A stretch of 64,000 bases of DNA from contig JAKOXL010000024.1 in the NCBI GenBank assembly GCA_029781045.1, forward strand, positions 23,210-87,209, written 5' to 3'. This DNA comes from Bacillota bacterium. GTDB lineage: Bacteria > Bacillota > UBA994 > UBA5500. Positions 16,574 to 26,954 of this stretch are shown piece by piece; the first letter of the stretch is position 1; each line of letters starts with the position of its first letter. The translations under genes were made by a program, and so were the position numbers. The notes beneath the pieces are model-generated. The model was not told the DNA's origin. It searched no databases and saw only the letters and a list, made by a program, of their open reading frames with translations.

Positions 16574-18661
16574 ATGCAAACTCGGCGCCGAATAGGATTT
16601 GCTATGATGGTGTTCATGCTGACCATTGGTGCGCTTGTTTGTCGGTTAGCTTGGATACAGCTGATAAAAGGTCCAGAACTCACTCGCCGAGCTGTAGCTC
16701 AATGGATGCGTGAAATCCCTGTGGAGCCAAAAAGAGGAATCATCTATGACAGTAAAGGCAATGAGTTGGCGATAAGCGCTAGTGCTGATACTGTAGTAGC
16801 GTTGCCTGCTCAAATTCCTAAGGAAAAGGCTCCCGAGATAGCAGCCGAGTTGGCGCGTATATTAAACAAGAATGCGGAAGATGTTCTAAAGACAATAACC
16901 CAGAAAAAGGCCGCAGTCTACGTAGCACGGAAGGTAGACCCGGAAGTGGCCCGTGAGATCAGGGAGCTGGCACTACCCGGTATTACATTTACAGAGGAAA
17001 GTCGTCGTTATTATCCATATGGCAATTTGGCATCCCAGGTCCTAGGTTTTGCTGGGGTAGATAGTCAAGGGCTCTACGGGCTCGAACTTCAATATGATGA
17101 GTATTTGCGGGGCAAGCGGGGCTATCTGCAGTATCCCACCGATAATCAGGGGCAGGAAATCCCTAATGCTACACCCACCTACGTTCCACCCCAACCTGGA
17201 TATAACATTCATCTAACCATAGACCAGGTCATACAACATATAGTAGAGCGAGAACTGGACAACTTAATGGTAATGCATAATGCAGAGAGCGTGACGGCTA
17301 TTGTCATGGACCCTAACACAGGGAAGATCCTGGCGATGGCTAATAGACCTGATTTTGATCCCAATAATTATATGGCAGCCGTGGAGGAATACGGTTCCCA
17401 ATCGGTCTGGCAAAACCAAGCCATATCAGGTGGTTTTGAGCCAGGAAGTACCTTCAAAGTTGTTACTGCCACCGCCGGACTAGAAAAGGGAGTTGTGCGA
17501 GAGGATAGTGTCTACTACGACAAAGGTTATGAAGTGGTGGCTGGTCATCGCATTCATTGCTGGAGAAGGACGGGGCATGGTCAAGAGACTTTTTTACAGG
17601 TGATGCAGAATTCCTGTAACCCGGGGTTTATCGATGTGGGAATGAAGCTGGGTGCCGACACCATGCTGGAATACCTACAAAAGTTCGGCTTCGGCCAGAA
17701 AACCGGGATTGACTTGCCGGGTGAAGCCGTAGGGGTTATGTTTAATAAAGTGGGGCCGGTCGAGCTGGCCACATTGTCCTTCGGCCAAGGGCCGTCGGTA
17801 ACCCCCATTCAACAGGCAGCAGCAATGGCTGCCATTGCCAATGGCGGGAAACTCATGCAGCCTTACGTGGTTGAACGCATTACCGATCAGGACGGTAACA
17901 TAATTGAGCAACGGGAACCAAGAGTAGTACAACAGGTCACCAGCCCAGAGATTGCACAACGGGTGGCCCTCATGCTGGAAAGTGTTGTGGCTGAGGGCGG
18001 TGGGCGTAATGCCTATATCCCAGGATTCCGTGTTGCCGGCAAGACCGGTACGGCACAAGTGCCTAAGCCGGGTGGCGGATACTATCCGGATAAATACATT
18101 GCCTCTTTCAGTGGTTTTGCGCCAGTCGATGATCCCAAGATTGTAGTTTTTATCGCGGTGCATAATCCAAGAGGCAAGTATGGCTATTACGGCTCTCAGG
18201 TGGCCGGTCCCGCATTTAAGAGTATGGCAGAGGATATCTTATACTACCTAGATGTGCGTCCCCAGAGTGAGGCCACCAGTGGAAAGGTGCAGGCCATTGA
18301 AGTGCCCGACTTGGTAGGCATGACATCTACGGAGGCATTGGAAAGGCTGCGCGATACGGGATTGAATATTAGGATCGATGGCCAGGGAGCCAAGATTCTG
18401 GACCAGACCCCGAGGGCTGGTGTTAAAGTTCCGCCCGGCTCGACGGTCATAGTTCATATGGGAGAAAAACCTCCCAGCGCAGGCGAACCGGTACAAGTGC
18501 CTAATGTGATCGGTCTTTCTCTGCGTGATGCCAGTGTGAAGCTGTCAGCAGTAGGGTTGCAGGTGCAGGCGGTAGGTTCGGGGATAGCCATTTCCCAATC
18601 ACCAGCTCCAGGCACCGTAATCCCGGCTGGCAGTATGGTAAGAGTGGAGTTCAAACCTTAG
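16574..18661 (+). CDS. Class B penicillin-binding protein (FtsI/SpoVD family transpeptidase) with two C-terminal PASTA domains
   Basis: SGGFEPGSTFK (SxxK), SCN, KTGTAQ motifs. Two PASTA-like repeats (VPDLVGMTSTEAL..., VPNVIGLSLRDAS...). Confidence 0.85.
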   Translation: MQTRRRIGFAMMVFMLTIGALVCRLAWIQLIKGPELTRRAVAQWMREIPVEPKRGIIYDSKGNELAISASADTVVALPAQIPKEKAPEIAAELARILNKNAEDVLKTITQKKAAVYVARKVDPEVAREIRELALPGITFTEESRRYYPYGNLASQVLGFAGVDSQGLYGLELQYDEYLRGKRGYLQYPTDNQGQEIPNATPTYVPPQPGYNIHLTIDQVIQHIVERELDNLMVMHNAESVTAIVMDPNTGKILAMANRPDFDPNNYMAAVEEYGSQSVWQNQAISGGFEPGSTFKVVTATAGLEKGVVREDSVYYDKGYEVVAGHRIHCWRRTGHGQETFLQVMQNSCNPGFIDVGMKLGADTMLEYLQKFGFGQKTGIDLPGEAVGVMFNKVGPVELATLSFGQGPSVTPIQQAAAMAAIANGGKLMQPYVVERITDQDGNIIEQREPRVVQQVTSPEIAQRVALMLESVVAEGGGRNAYIPGFRVAGKTGTAQVPKPGGGYYPDKYIASFSGFAPVDDPKIVVFIAVHNPRGKYGYYGSQVAGPAFKSMAEDILYYLDVRPQSEATSGKVQAIEVPDLVGMTSTEALERLRDTGLNIRIDGQGAKILDQTPRAGVKVPPGSTVIVHMGEKPPSAGEPVQVPNVIGLSLRDASVKLSAVGLQVQAVGSGIAISQSPAPGTVIPAGSMVRVEFKP

Positions 18662-18707
18662 GCTAATGGAGTTGGCGCAAGAATAGAACAGAAGGGGGCA
18701 GCCGAAG

Positions 18708-20207
18708 ATGCGTTTAGCAAATTTGGTTTCTGCCCTTGCGCCGTTACGCACGTCAGGTTCACTGGAACGGGAAATATCGGGCATCCAATACGACTCCCGT
18801 TTGGTTAGGCCTGGCGACCTTTTCATCGCCATACCCGGGTTTGTTTATGACGGTCATGACTATCTGGAAGAGGCTGCTAATAGAGGGGCAGCAGCCGCCG
18901 TTATCGCAAAGGAAATAGCTGTTCCGCCCCAATTAACGAGCATCCAAGTAACGGATTCGCGAAGGGCATTGGCTTTAGCAGCAGCCATGTTTTTTGGACA
19001 TCCGTCGCGAAAACTGCGCGTTATAGGTGTGACAGGTACGAATGGAAAGACAACAACTACCTTCCTCAGTGAGAGCTTGTTGAGAGCAGCAGGAATGCGG
19101 ACAGGACTTATAGGTACCGTCTGCACACGTATTGGAGACAGGGAACTGGACTCGGTGCGCACGACCCCGGAGTCCCTCGATCTGCAACAATTGCTGGCAC
19201 AGATGGTTGAGGCCCAAGTCTCCCATGCTATTCTCGAAGTTTCTTCCCATGCCTTGGTTCTGGAGCGTTTGACGGGTTGCGAGTTCGACATAGCAGTCTT
19301 TACCAACCTGACTCAGGATCATTTGGATTTTCATGGGACTAGGGAAAACTACTTAGCAGCAAAGGCGCGGTTGTTTACCAGCTTAGATATGGGGGAGAAA
19401 AGGGATAAGTGGGCCATCATTAATGTAGATGATCCCGCTTGTCTCTACTTGCAAAGCGTAAGTAAGGCTTCTGTCTTTACCTACGGGATCAAGCGTTCAG
19501 CTGATCTGCAAGCGGTGGAAATACTGGTTACCAGTGAGGGTACCGAATTCGGTGTCTTAAGGGACGGCAAGTATTCGGGGCGTACCCGTGTGCCCACTCC
19601 AGGTTACTTCAGTGTATACAACGGTTTAGCAGCTATTGCGGTGGCACTAGTGGAAGGCATCCCCTGGCCGCTGATAAGGGAAAAACTGCCAGAGAGTCGC
19701 CCAGTGCCTGGACGCTTTCAACCGGTGCGAGCCGGGCAACCTTTTGATGTTATAGTTGACTATGCCCATACCCCGGACGGTCTGGAGAACATACTCAATA
19801 CAGCACGCAGCTTTACTAAGGGTCGTATCATCATTGTTTTTGGTTGTGGCGGCGATCGAGATCGAAGCAAGCGGCCAGAAATGGGTCGAATTGCTAGCCA
19901 GTTGGCTGATATAGTAATTATCACCAGCGACAACCCGCGCTCCGAGTTGCCGGAGAAGATTGCTCGTGATATTATGCAGGGCGTGACAGGACCGGCTGCT
20001 GTGCATGTTGAGCTGGATCGAGCTCAAGCTATCCGCAAAGCCATTGGTCTGGCAAGGCCGGGTGACACGGTGTTGATCGCGGGTAAGGGGCATGAGACAT
20101 ATCAGATTTTCGCCGATAGAGTTATCCATTTTGATGATCGGGAAGTGGCCGAACAGGCAGTGGAGGTAAGCAAACATGAAAGTTTGGAGTTTAGGCGAGA
20201 TAGTTAA
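18708..20207 (+). CDS. murE: UDP-N-acetylmuramoyl-L-alanyl-D-glutamate--2,6-diaminopimelate ligase
   Basis: GVTGTNGKTTT P-loop and the DNPR motif (TSDNPRSE) that indicates meso-DAP specificity. Confidence 0.9.
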   Translation: MRLANLVSALAPLRTSGSLEREISGIQYDSRLVRPGDLFIAIPGFVYDGHDYLEEAANRGAAAAVIAKEIAVPPQLTSIQVTDSRRALALAAAMFFGHPSRKLRVIGVTGTNGKTTTTFLSESLLRAAGMRTGLIGTVCTRIGDRELDSVRTTPESLDLQQLLAQMVEAQVSHAILEVSSHALVLERLTGCEFDIAVFTNLTQDHLDFHGTRENYLAAKARLFTSLDMGEKRDKWAIINVDDPACLYLQSVSKASVFTYGIKRSADLQAVEILVTSEGTEFGVLRDGKYSGRTRVPTPGYFSVYNGLAAIAVALVEGIPWPLIREKLPESRPVPGRFQPVRAGQPFDVIVDYAHTPDGLENILNTARSFTKGRIIIVFGCGGDRDRSKRPEMGRIASQLADIVIITSDNPRSELPEKIARDIMQGVTGPAAVHVELDRAQAIRKAIGLARPGDTVLIAGKGHETYQIFADRVIHFDDREVAEQAVEVSKHESLEFRRDS

Positions 20208-21585
20208 ACTTACCGATGGTGTACTATTACAAGGCAAGGAATCGACCCAAGTACAGAGGGTTGTCTTTGATAGCCGGGCAGCCACTCCGGGTTGTCTGTT
20301 TGTGCCGATAATTGGAGAGCGTGTAGATGGGCATAAGTTTATCACAGATGCGGCCGGCAGGGGGGCCGTGGCTACCCTAGCCGGCCACACTTGGTTGCAG
20401 AACAATCCTTTACCTAGTATCGATACCATTGAGGTTGACTTGCCTGTCACAGCCCTACAGAGGTGGGCTTATCGTTATCTGCAGACATTGCGCGCTCGTG
20501 TAGTTGGGGTGACTGGTAGCAGCGGAAAGACAACAACTAAGGAAATGATAGCCGCGGTAATGCAAGCCAAGTATAACGTACTGAGGAACGAAGGGAATCT
20601 GAACACGGAGATTGGCTTGCCCTTAACTGTGGTTGGTGCCTTACCAGAACACGAGTGGCTGGTATTGGAAATGGGTATGAGCAGTCTGGGCGAAATCCAA
20701 CTGCTAACTCAGATTGCCCCTCCGCATATTGCGGTTATTACTAATGTAGGAGAGGCCCATATAGAGCTTCTGGGCAGCAAGGAGAACATAGCTATTGCTA
20801 AAGCGGAGGTTCTTGAAGGTATGGTTCCAGATGGAATCGCTGTCCTTAATGGGGATGATCCCTATGTGCTGGCCCAAGCGCACAAGGCACCGGGCTCGGT
20901 CATATACTTCGGTGTGGGGCCCCGAGCGGAGCAATCTCAGCGGCTCTATATTTCTGACCTAAAGAACCTAGGCGAGAGTTTGGAGTTTATTGTTAATTGG
21001 CAGGATGAAAAGATAACCGTGGTTTTTCCCTGGCCTGGACAGCACAATGTCTATAACATAGCAGCTGCTTTGGCCGTTGGGGTCGCTGCCGGCATACCGT
21101 TGAGAGAGGCTGTCTCCGGGCTGGATAAGTACCGCCCGGCTCATAACCGTCTATTCCTTAAGCAGTTGGCGGGCTACACGGTAATTGATGACACTTACAA
21201 CGCCAATCCCACTTCCATGCGAGCTGCTCTGCAAGTTTTGCTTGATTACCCAGGAGCAGCAAAACGCATAGCCGTACTAGGCGATATGCTGGAACTAGGG
21301 GAGTTGGCGCAGTCGGCCCATCGAGAATTGGGTGCCTTAGTGGCCAGCAGCGGTGTGGATGAGTTGATAACAGTAGGCTCTTTGGCGCGAGGCATAGCCC
21401 AGGGCGCAGTTGATGCAGGCTTTGCTCCAGCAAAGGTACATTCCTTTGCCTGCAACCAGGAAGCGGCCACCTTCTTGCGGCACAGCCTGCAACCAGGGCA
21501 ACTGGTCTTAATCAAAGGATCGCGGGGTATGCGCATGGAAGAGATCGTTGCAGCCCTTGAGGCAGGTATGGACAATGAGAATTGA
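20176..21585 (+). CDS. murF: UDP-N-acetylmuramoyl-tripeptide--D-alanyl-D-alanine ligase
   Basis: GVTGSSGKTTTKE Mur ligase P-loop; position after murE. Confidence 0.85.
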   Translation: MKVWSLGEIVKLTDGVLLQGKESTQVQRVVFDSRAATPGCLFVPIIGERVDGHKFITDAAGRGAVATLAGHTWLQNNPLPSIDTIEVDLPVTALQRWAYRYLQTLRARVVGVTGSSGKTTTKEMIAAVMQAKYNVLRNEGNLNTEIGLPLTVVGALPEHEWLVLEMGMSSLGEIQLLTQIAPPHIAVITNVGEAHIELLGSKENIAIAKAEVLEGMVPDGIAVLNGDDPYVLAQAHKAPGSVIYFGVGPRAEQSQRLYISDLKNLGESLEFIVNWQDEKITVVFPWPGQHNVYNIAAALAVGVAAGIPLREAVSGLDKYRPAHNRLFLKQLAGYTVIDDTYNANPTSMRAALQVLLDYPGAAKRIAVLGDMLELGELAQSAHRELGALVASSGVDELITVGSLARGIAQGAVDAGFAPAKVHSFACNQEAATFLRHSLQPGQLVLIKGSRGMRMEEIVAALEAGMDNEN

Positions 21586-22555
21586 AGTTCGCTTATTATT
21601 GGCCACAGTTTCTGCTCTGTTGTTAGGTTTGCTCATAGGGCCGATAATCCTGCCTGCCCTGAGGCGTCTAAAAATACGCCAAACCGTGCGGGAGGACGGC
21701 CCGGCCACCCATTTAGCAAAAAGCGGAATCCCTACCATGGGCGGCCTGATTTTTCTGGCGACGACGGTGGCAGTGGCAATTGTCTTTGTGCCGGCAGATC
21801 ATCGCGCTTTGGCCGCCACCTGGTTTTGGGTGGTATTGGGTCTGGGCCTCATAGGTTTTCTGGATGACTATATCAAGGTGGTGCGCAGGCAATCCTTAGG
21901 GCTAAGGGCCCGGGAAAAACTGCTTGGCCAGTTAATTGTTGCTGTTGTCTTCTTTGGCATGCTTAAGTATCTGAATCACTCACTGGACTTGATTGTCCCT
22001 GTTTGGGGATGGCGTCTGCCCCTAGATTGGTTGTATTTGCCCTTTGTGATTATCGTTATTATGGCGGCTGGCAACGGGGCCAACCTAACCGATGGTGTAG
22101 ATGGGTTACTAGCCAGCTGCGCTATTGTCTCTAGCCTTGCCTATGTTTTCATTGGCATGGTCACAGGGCAAGAAGTAATCGCCCTACTGCTGGCCATTCT
22201 CGTGGGTGCTCTTCTGGCCTATCTGCGTTTCAACTGGCATCCTGCCGCTGTTTTTATGGGCGACGTGGGTTCATTGGCCATCGGGGGAGCGCTGGCGGGT
22301 GCAGCCATTCTGACCAAGACTGAACTGCTTCTGATACCGATAGGTGTTGTGTATGTGATTGAGACGCTTTCTTTGATCATTCAAGTAGTCTATTTTCGTA
22401 GAACCGGTGGGAAACGCTTTTTTCGCATGGCACCGATTCATCACCACTTTGAGCTGGGCGGCTGGTCGGAGGTAAAAGTCGTAGCCGTTTGGTGTTTGAT
22501 GAGTATCATTGGGGGGATTGTCGGGCTTTTGCTATTACCCAGCATGGGATTGTGA
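21575..22555 (+). CDS. mraY: Phospho-N-acetylmuramoyl-pentapeptide transferase
   Basis: NGANLTDGVDGL, HHHFE motifs; polytopic membrane protein. Confidence 0.9.
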   Translation: MRIEVRLLLATVSALLLGLLIGPIILPALRRLKIRQTVREDGPATHLAKSGIPTMGGLIFLATTVAVAIVFVPADHRALAATWFWVVLGLGLIGFLDDYIKVVRRQSLGLRAREKLLGQLIVAVVFFGMLKYLNHSLDLIVPVWGWRLPLDWLYLPFVIIVIMAAGNGANLTDGVDGLLASCAIVSSLAYVFIGMVTGQEVIALLLAILVGALLAYLRFNWHPAAVFMGDVGSLAIGGALAGAAILTKTELLLIPIGVVYVIETLSLIIQVVYFRRTGGKRFFRMAPIHHHFELGGWSEVKVVAVWCLMSIIGGIVGLLLLPSMGL

Positions 22556-22587
22556 GGATGTAATAGGCTGGCAGGGAGGGTGTCAAT

Positions 22588-23709
22588 ATGAAGCGACGGA
22601 AACATGCTCCTGATTTCGTATTAATAGTTACTACCCTATTATTGCTGGCGATAGGCATTGTTATGGTCTACAGCGCTAGCGAATATGTTTCGCGCAATAC
22701 TACCCGTTCTGCCGAGAATCCGGAAGGATATAACTATTACGTTGTGCGCCGACAGCTGATCTGGGTTGCCCTCGGGTTAGTGGTGATGTGGGTTGGCTCT
22801 AAACTCAACTATTGGCGCTTGGCCGTTCTGGCGAAGTTTGGGTATATCGTAACCGTAATTATGTTAATCATGGTAAAGATACCCGGTATAGGTATAACTC
22901 GTTATGGAGCTACTCGTTGGCTAGGTGTTGAGCCCTTTGTTTTCCAGCCTTCGGAGATTGCTAAGCTAACGCTCGCCCTCTTTCTAGCCCGTTGGTTATC
23001 GAATCGTATGGACAAAATCAAGACCTTTACCCAGGGGCTTTTGCCACCTTTAGTGTATACCGGGATTATCTGCGGTCTAGTAATGCTCCAACCCGATTTA
23101 GGAACGACTATTGTTATCTTTTCCATTGCTGCCGTTCTCATCTTTGTAGCTGGTGCCCGCTGGAAGCATATTCTCGTACTGGGGGTTGCCTCGGTAGCTG
23201 CTATTTTAGTTCTAATCTATATTGAACCCTATCGTTTGGAGAGGCTCCTTAGTTTTCGTAACCCTTGGGCGGATCCGCTGGACACGGGTCATCAGCTGAT
23301 TCAGTCCTACTACGCCCTTGGCCCAGGTGGTTTGTTTGGTCGAGGATTAGCGCAAAGCATTCAGAAGCGCTTCTACTTGCCTTTCCCGCATACCGACTTT
23401 ATCTTAGCCATAATAGGCGAAGAACTGGGATTCGTTGGTACATCACTGGTCACCTTGCTTTTTGGTGTTTTTATCTGGCGGGGACTTCGCATAGCTCTCA
23501 ACGCACCCGATAACTTCGGTGTTCTTCTGGCCAGTGCTTTAACGGCAACGGTAGGTCTGCAGGCGATTATCAACATTGCTGTAGTTACCGGTAGCATTCC
23601 TACAACGGGAATACCTTTACCTCTAATAAGTGCGGGCGGTTCATCTTTGATATTTACCCTGGGGGCCATCGGTGTCTTGCTCAACATCTCAAAATACTCG
23701 CGTGAATGA
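22588..23709 (+). CDS. ftsW: SEDS-family peptidoglycan glycosyltransferase FtsW/SpoVE
   Basis: SEDS pattern (ILAIIGEELGFVG, PLISAGGSSL); dcw position. Confidence 0.85.
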   Translation: MKRRKHAPDFVLIVTTLLLLAIGIVMVYSASEYVSRNTTRSAENPEGYNYYVVRRQLIWVALGLVVMWVGSKLNYWRLAVLAKFGYIVTVIMLIMVKIPGIGITRYGATRWLGVEPFVFQPSEIAKLTLALFLARWLSNRMDKIKTFTQGLLPPLVYTGIICGLVMLQPDLGTTIVIFSIAAVLIFVAGARWKHILVLGVASVAAILVLIYIEPYRLERLLSFRNPWADPLDTGHQLIQSYYALGPGGLFGRGLAQSIQKRFYLPFPHTDFILAIIGEELGFVGTSLVTLLFGVFIWRGLRIALNAPDNFGVLLASALTATVGLQAIINIAVVTGSIPTTGIPLPLISAGGSSLIFTLGAIGVLLNISKYSRE

Positions 23710-23719
23710 CGGTGATAGA

Positions 23720-24841
23720 ATGAGAGTGCTGTTGACGTGTGGAGGAACTGGCGGACATATCTACCCAGCAGTAGCTGTTGCTAAAGCCCTGCAAGCTCAG
23801 GACCCGAGTGTGGAGATTTTGTTTGTGGGCGCCGAGTATGGTATGGAAAAAGAACTGATCCCGCGAGAAGGATTCCGCCTAGAAACCATAACTGTCACTG
23901 GGTTGTCGCGCAGAAACCCACTGGCTGCTGCTCGCAGCTTGTGGCAGGCCGGCGCGGGTGTCTTAAAGGCGGCTGGCATAGTAAAGAGATTTCGGCCCCA
24001 TGTGGTAGTAGGTACGGGAGGGTATGTAAGTGGGCCCACTGTCTTGGCTGCGGCCCTGCGGGGTATCCCTACTCTTATTCATGAGCAAAATGCTTACCCT
24101 GGTCTAACTACCCGTACGCTAGCCCGCTTCGCCAACATTGTGGCCGTCAGCCATCAAGCGGCAGTAGCTCGCCTTCCTCAAGCTAAGAAGATCGTGGTAA
24201 CTGGACTTCCTATTAGACCTGCCTTTTATCAGACCGAGCGGGGGGAGGCTAGAGCAAGATTGGGCCTTCCGTCAGACACGATTGTCATCCTTTCCGTGGG
24301 AGGCAGTGGTGGAGCCTTAAACATTAATCGCAGTGTATGCCAAGCTGCCCCCCAATTGTTAGCAAATGAGAGGATTGTCTTGCTCCAAGTTACTGGCGAC
24401 AGGTACTATGATAGTGTGGTTGAGCAAGCCAAAGCTTTAGGGTGGCCCGATGCCTGGAAGGGACGCTGGCAGTTGATTCGCTTTATGCAGGACATGCCTG
24501 CTGCTTTGTCCGCTGCCGATCTGGTTATATCGCGAGCGGGAGCCAGTACTTTAGCGGAGATCACCGCCGTTGGTGTTCCAGCGCTGGTTGTCCCTTCTCC
24601 TAACGTAACTGACAACCATCAGGAGCATAACGCACGGGCCTTAGCCCAGCAGGGCGCGGCTGTTATGATATTGGACAACCTTTTGACCCCGACGAGCCTG
24701 CTCGCTAGCATCAACAGTCTACTGGAGAATCCTAATGAACTTGGCGCAATGGCTAGAGCATCCAAGCAAGCAAGTTACCCACAAGCGACGGAGGATTTGG
24801 TTGCTTTGGTGAGGTCTCTCTCTGAGACGAGCTTGCAGTAA
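23720..24841 (+). CDS. murG: Undecaprenyldiphospho-muramoylpentapeptide beta-N-acetylglucosaminyltransferase
   Basis: MRVLLTCGGTGGHIYPAVAVA N-terminal G-loop. Start re-set to the ATG at 23720. Confidence 0.9.
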   Translation: MRVLLTCGGTGGHIYPAVAVAKALQAQDPSVEILFVGAEYGMEKELIPREGFRLETITVTGLSRRNPLAAARSLWQAGAGVLKAAGIVKRFRPHVVVGTGGYVSGPTVLAAALRGIPTLIHEQNAYPGLTTRTLARFANIVAVSHQAAVARLPQAKKIVVTGLPIRPAFYQTERGEARARLGLPSDTIVILSVGGSGGALNINRSVCQAAPQLLANERIVLLQVTGDRYYDSVVEQAKALGWPDAWKGRWQLIRFMQDMPAALSAADLVISRAGASTLAEITAVGVPALVVPSPNVTDNHQEHNARALAQQGAAVMILDNLLTPTSLLASINSLLENPNELGAMARASKQASYPQATEDLVALVRSLSETSLQ

Positions 24842-24917
24842 CACAACCTGGCCTTAGGCCATACTATGAAGATGTAGGGTCGACGCTAGGGCAACATGAA
24901 GAGAGTGGGGTGACCAC

Positions 24918-26183
24918 ATGGCAATGGAAAGAATAGTGATTGCAGGGGGGAGACCGCTGTCTGGCAAGGTGCGGATTGGAGGCGCCAAAAATGCAGCCTT
25001 GCCAATTCTGGGGGCCACATTACTTACCGAAGCACCTTGCGTACTGAGAGAAATTCCCAATCTCACTGATGTAGCAGTTATGCTCAGCATTTTGGAACAT
25101 TTAGGGGCAAAGGTTGAGGTAAAGGGCGATACAGTCACCGTTGAGGCAGCCACATTGACCTCACTGACGGTGCCCGAACATCTAATGCGAGAAATGCGTT
25201 CGTCGATCATAGTGATGGGGGCACTCTTGACGCGTTTTGGCAAAGTGAAAGTATCGCAACCAGGTGGATGTGATATTGGTTCCCGGCCCATTGATCTACA
25301 TATCAAGGGCCTAAGAGAATTAGGCGCCGATATAGAGGAAAAACATGGCTATATCACGGCCACTTGCAAACGTTTGCGTGGAACATCTATTCATCTGGAT
25401 TTCCCCAGTGTGGGTGCAACTCAGAACTTGATGATGGCAGCAACTCTGGCCGAAGGTACGACTGTGATCACCAACGCTGCTAAGGAACCGGAGATCGTTG
25501 ATTTACAGAACTTCATCAACTCTTTGGGTGCCAATATTAAAGGGGCAGGAACCGATACCATTCGTATTGAGGGTGTGGAGAAGCTGCATGGCACGGACCA
25601 CACGATAATTCCCGACCGTATTGTGGCGGGCACTTACCTTATTGCCGGTGCAATAACCGGCGGTCAAGTTACGGTGGAGAACGTTATTCCTGAGCATCTA
25701 GAATCTTTGTTAGCAAAGTTAAGAGAGATGGGAGTTCAGGTCGAGACTACTGGTGATAGCGTAACAGCAAGAGTGACGCAACAACCGCTACGAGCCATAG
25801 ACTCTTTACGTACCCTGCCTTATCCTGGATTTCCCACTGACCTGCAGGCACCTATGATGGCTCTGCTATGTGTAGCTAATGGAACCAGCATTGTAACTGA
25901 GACTGTTTTTGAAAGTCGTTTTAAGCATGTTAACGAGTTAAGACGAATGGGTGCCGACATCAAAGTTAATGAACGAACCGCTATTATTAGAGGAGTACCG
26001 GCATTGTCCAGTGCAAATGTGGCCGCCACCGACTTGCGTGCAGGGGCAGCCCTTGTGCTAGCTGGTCTGGCCGCCGATGGTATTACTGTTGTAAGCGACA
26101 TTCACCACATAGACCGTGGTTATGTGGACTTAGATGAAAACCTGCGTGCCTTAAATGCGCGTATCGAGAGAATTGGTTGTTAA
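24918..26183 (+). CDS. murA: UDP-N-acetylglucosamine 1-carboxyvinyltransferase
   Basis: GGAKNAALPIL and the active-site Cys in GGCDIGSRPIDLH. Confidence 0.9.
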   Translation: MAMERIVIAGGRPLSGKVRIGGAKNAALPILGATLLTEAPCVLREIPNLTDVAVMLSILEHLGAKVEVKGDTVTVEAATLTSLTVPEHLMREMRSSIIVMGALLTRFGKVKVSQPGGCDIGSRPIDLHIKGLRELGADIEEKHGYITATCKRLRGTSIHLDFPSVGATQNLMMAATLAEGTTVITNAAKEPEIVDLQNFINSLGANIKGAGTDTIRIEGVEKLHGTDHTIIPDRIVAGTYLIAGAITGGQVTVENVIPEHLESLLAKLREMGVQVETTGDSVTARVTQQPLRAIDSLRTLPYPGFPTDLQAPMMALLCVANGTSIVTETVFESRFKHVNELRRMGADIKVNERTAIIRGVPALSSANVAATDLRAGAALVLAGLAADGITVVSDIHHIDRGYVDLDENLRALNARIERIGC

Positions 26184-26192
26184 GTCGCCATA

Positions 26193-26936
26193 TTGGGGAG
26201 GCAACGTGTTATGCTAGCTAAGAAAAAGGTTAGAATAGCCTTCTTGTTGCTTCTCCTCCTTCTTTTTTGCTGGCAGTTGGTACAAGCTCCTTGGTTTCTA
26301 GCTGTACGGGAAGTTGAAGTAATGAATACCTCCACACTTAGTCCGTGGGAGGTAGAGCAGATTGCTGGGGTCTATCGAGGGACAAGCCTTTTGAAAGCCG
26401 ATATTCGAGAGATGAAAAGGCGCTTGGAAGCCGATGAGCGAATTTTGCACGCCGAGGTTAAGAGGCGTCTTCCTCAAACTCTCGTCATTATCATTCAGGA
26501 GAATGTGGGATTTGCTGCTGTCCCCTATTTTAGTAGCTGGTTGGAAGTCAACCACGAAGGTCGAGTTCTCTCGGTGACAAACCACTTTTCAGCCCTTAAT
26601 CTGCCCATAGTAACTGGCCTTAACCGGTCAGTGGTAAAGGTAGGTGATTTTCTGGGCGATCAAGCTAGGTGGCAAGTTGCCAGTAAATGTCTGAGCCAGC
26701 TCCCCGCTTCGCTGCTAAACCAGATTTCGGAGATCAATGTGAGTGATCCCACCAGCATTGTTTTGTATTCCCGCGACCCTTTGCGGATTCTGATTGGTGA
26801 TAGTAATAATTTGGAAAAGAAGTACCGGGCCCTGGCTGGGATGCTAGACCGAGTGCGGGAAGATCAGAAGGAGGAGTTAGCCAACGGGCAACTGGATGTT
26901 AGTAGTGGTAAAGCAGTATTTATTAAAGGGCCTTAA
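26193..26936 (+). CDS. divIB: Cell division protein DivIB/FtsQ (POTRA domain)
   Basis: N-terminal TM, POTRA-like region, dcw position. Confidence 0.7.
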   Translation: MGRQRVMLAKKKVRIAFLLLLLLLFCWQLVQAPWFLAVREVEVMNTSTLSPWEVEQIAGVYRGTSLLKADIREMKRRLEADERILHAEVKRRLPQTLVIIIQENVGFAAVPYFSSWLEVNHEGRVLSVTNHFSALNLPIVTGLNRSVVKVGDFLGDQARWQVASKCLSQLPASLLNQISEINVSDPTSIVLYSRDPLRILIGDSNNLEKKYRALAGMLDRVREDQKEELANGQLDVSSGKAVFIKGP

Positions 26937-26954
26937 AGAAAGGGTTCGATAGAC

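Noticed and set aside
18860-19334. 148-aa and 119-aa minus-strand ORFs inside murE, and similar long antisense ORFs inside murF, pbp, ppdK, rocA and the ATPase gene
   Set aside because: All lie inside genes with strong homology on the opposite strand and have compositional bias typical of antisense frames.
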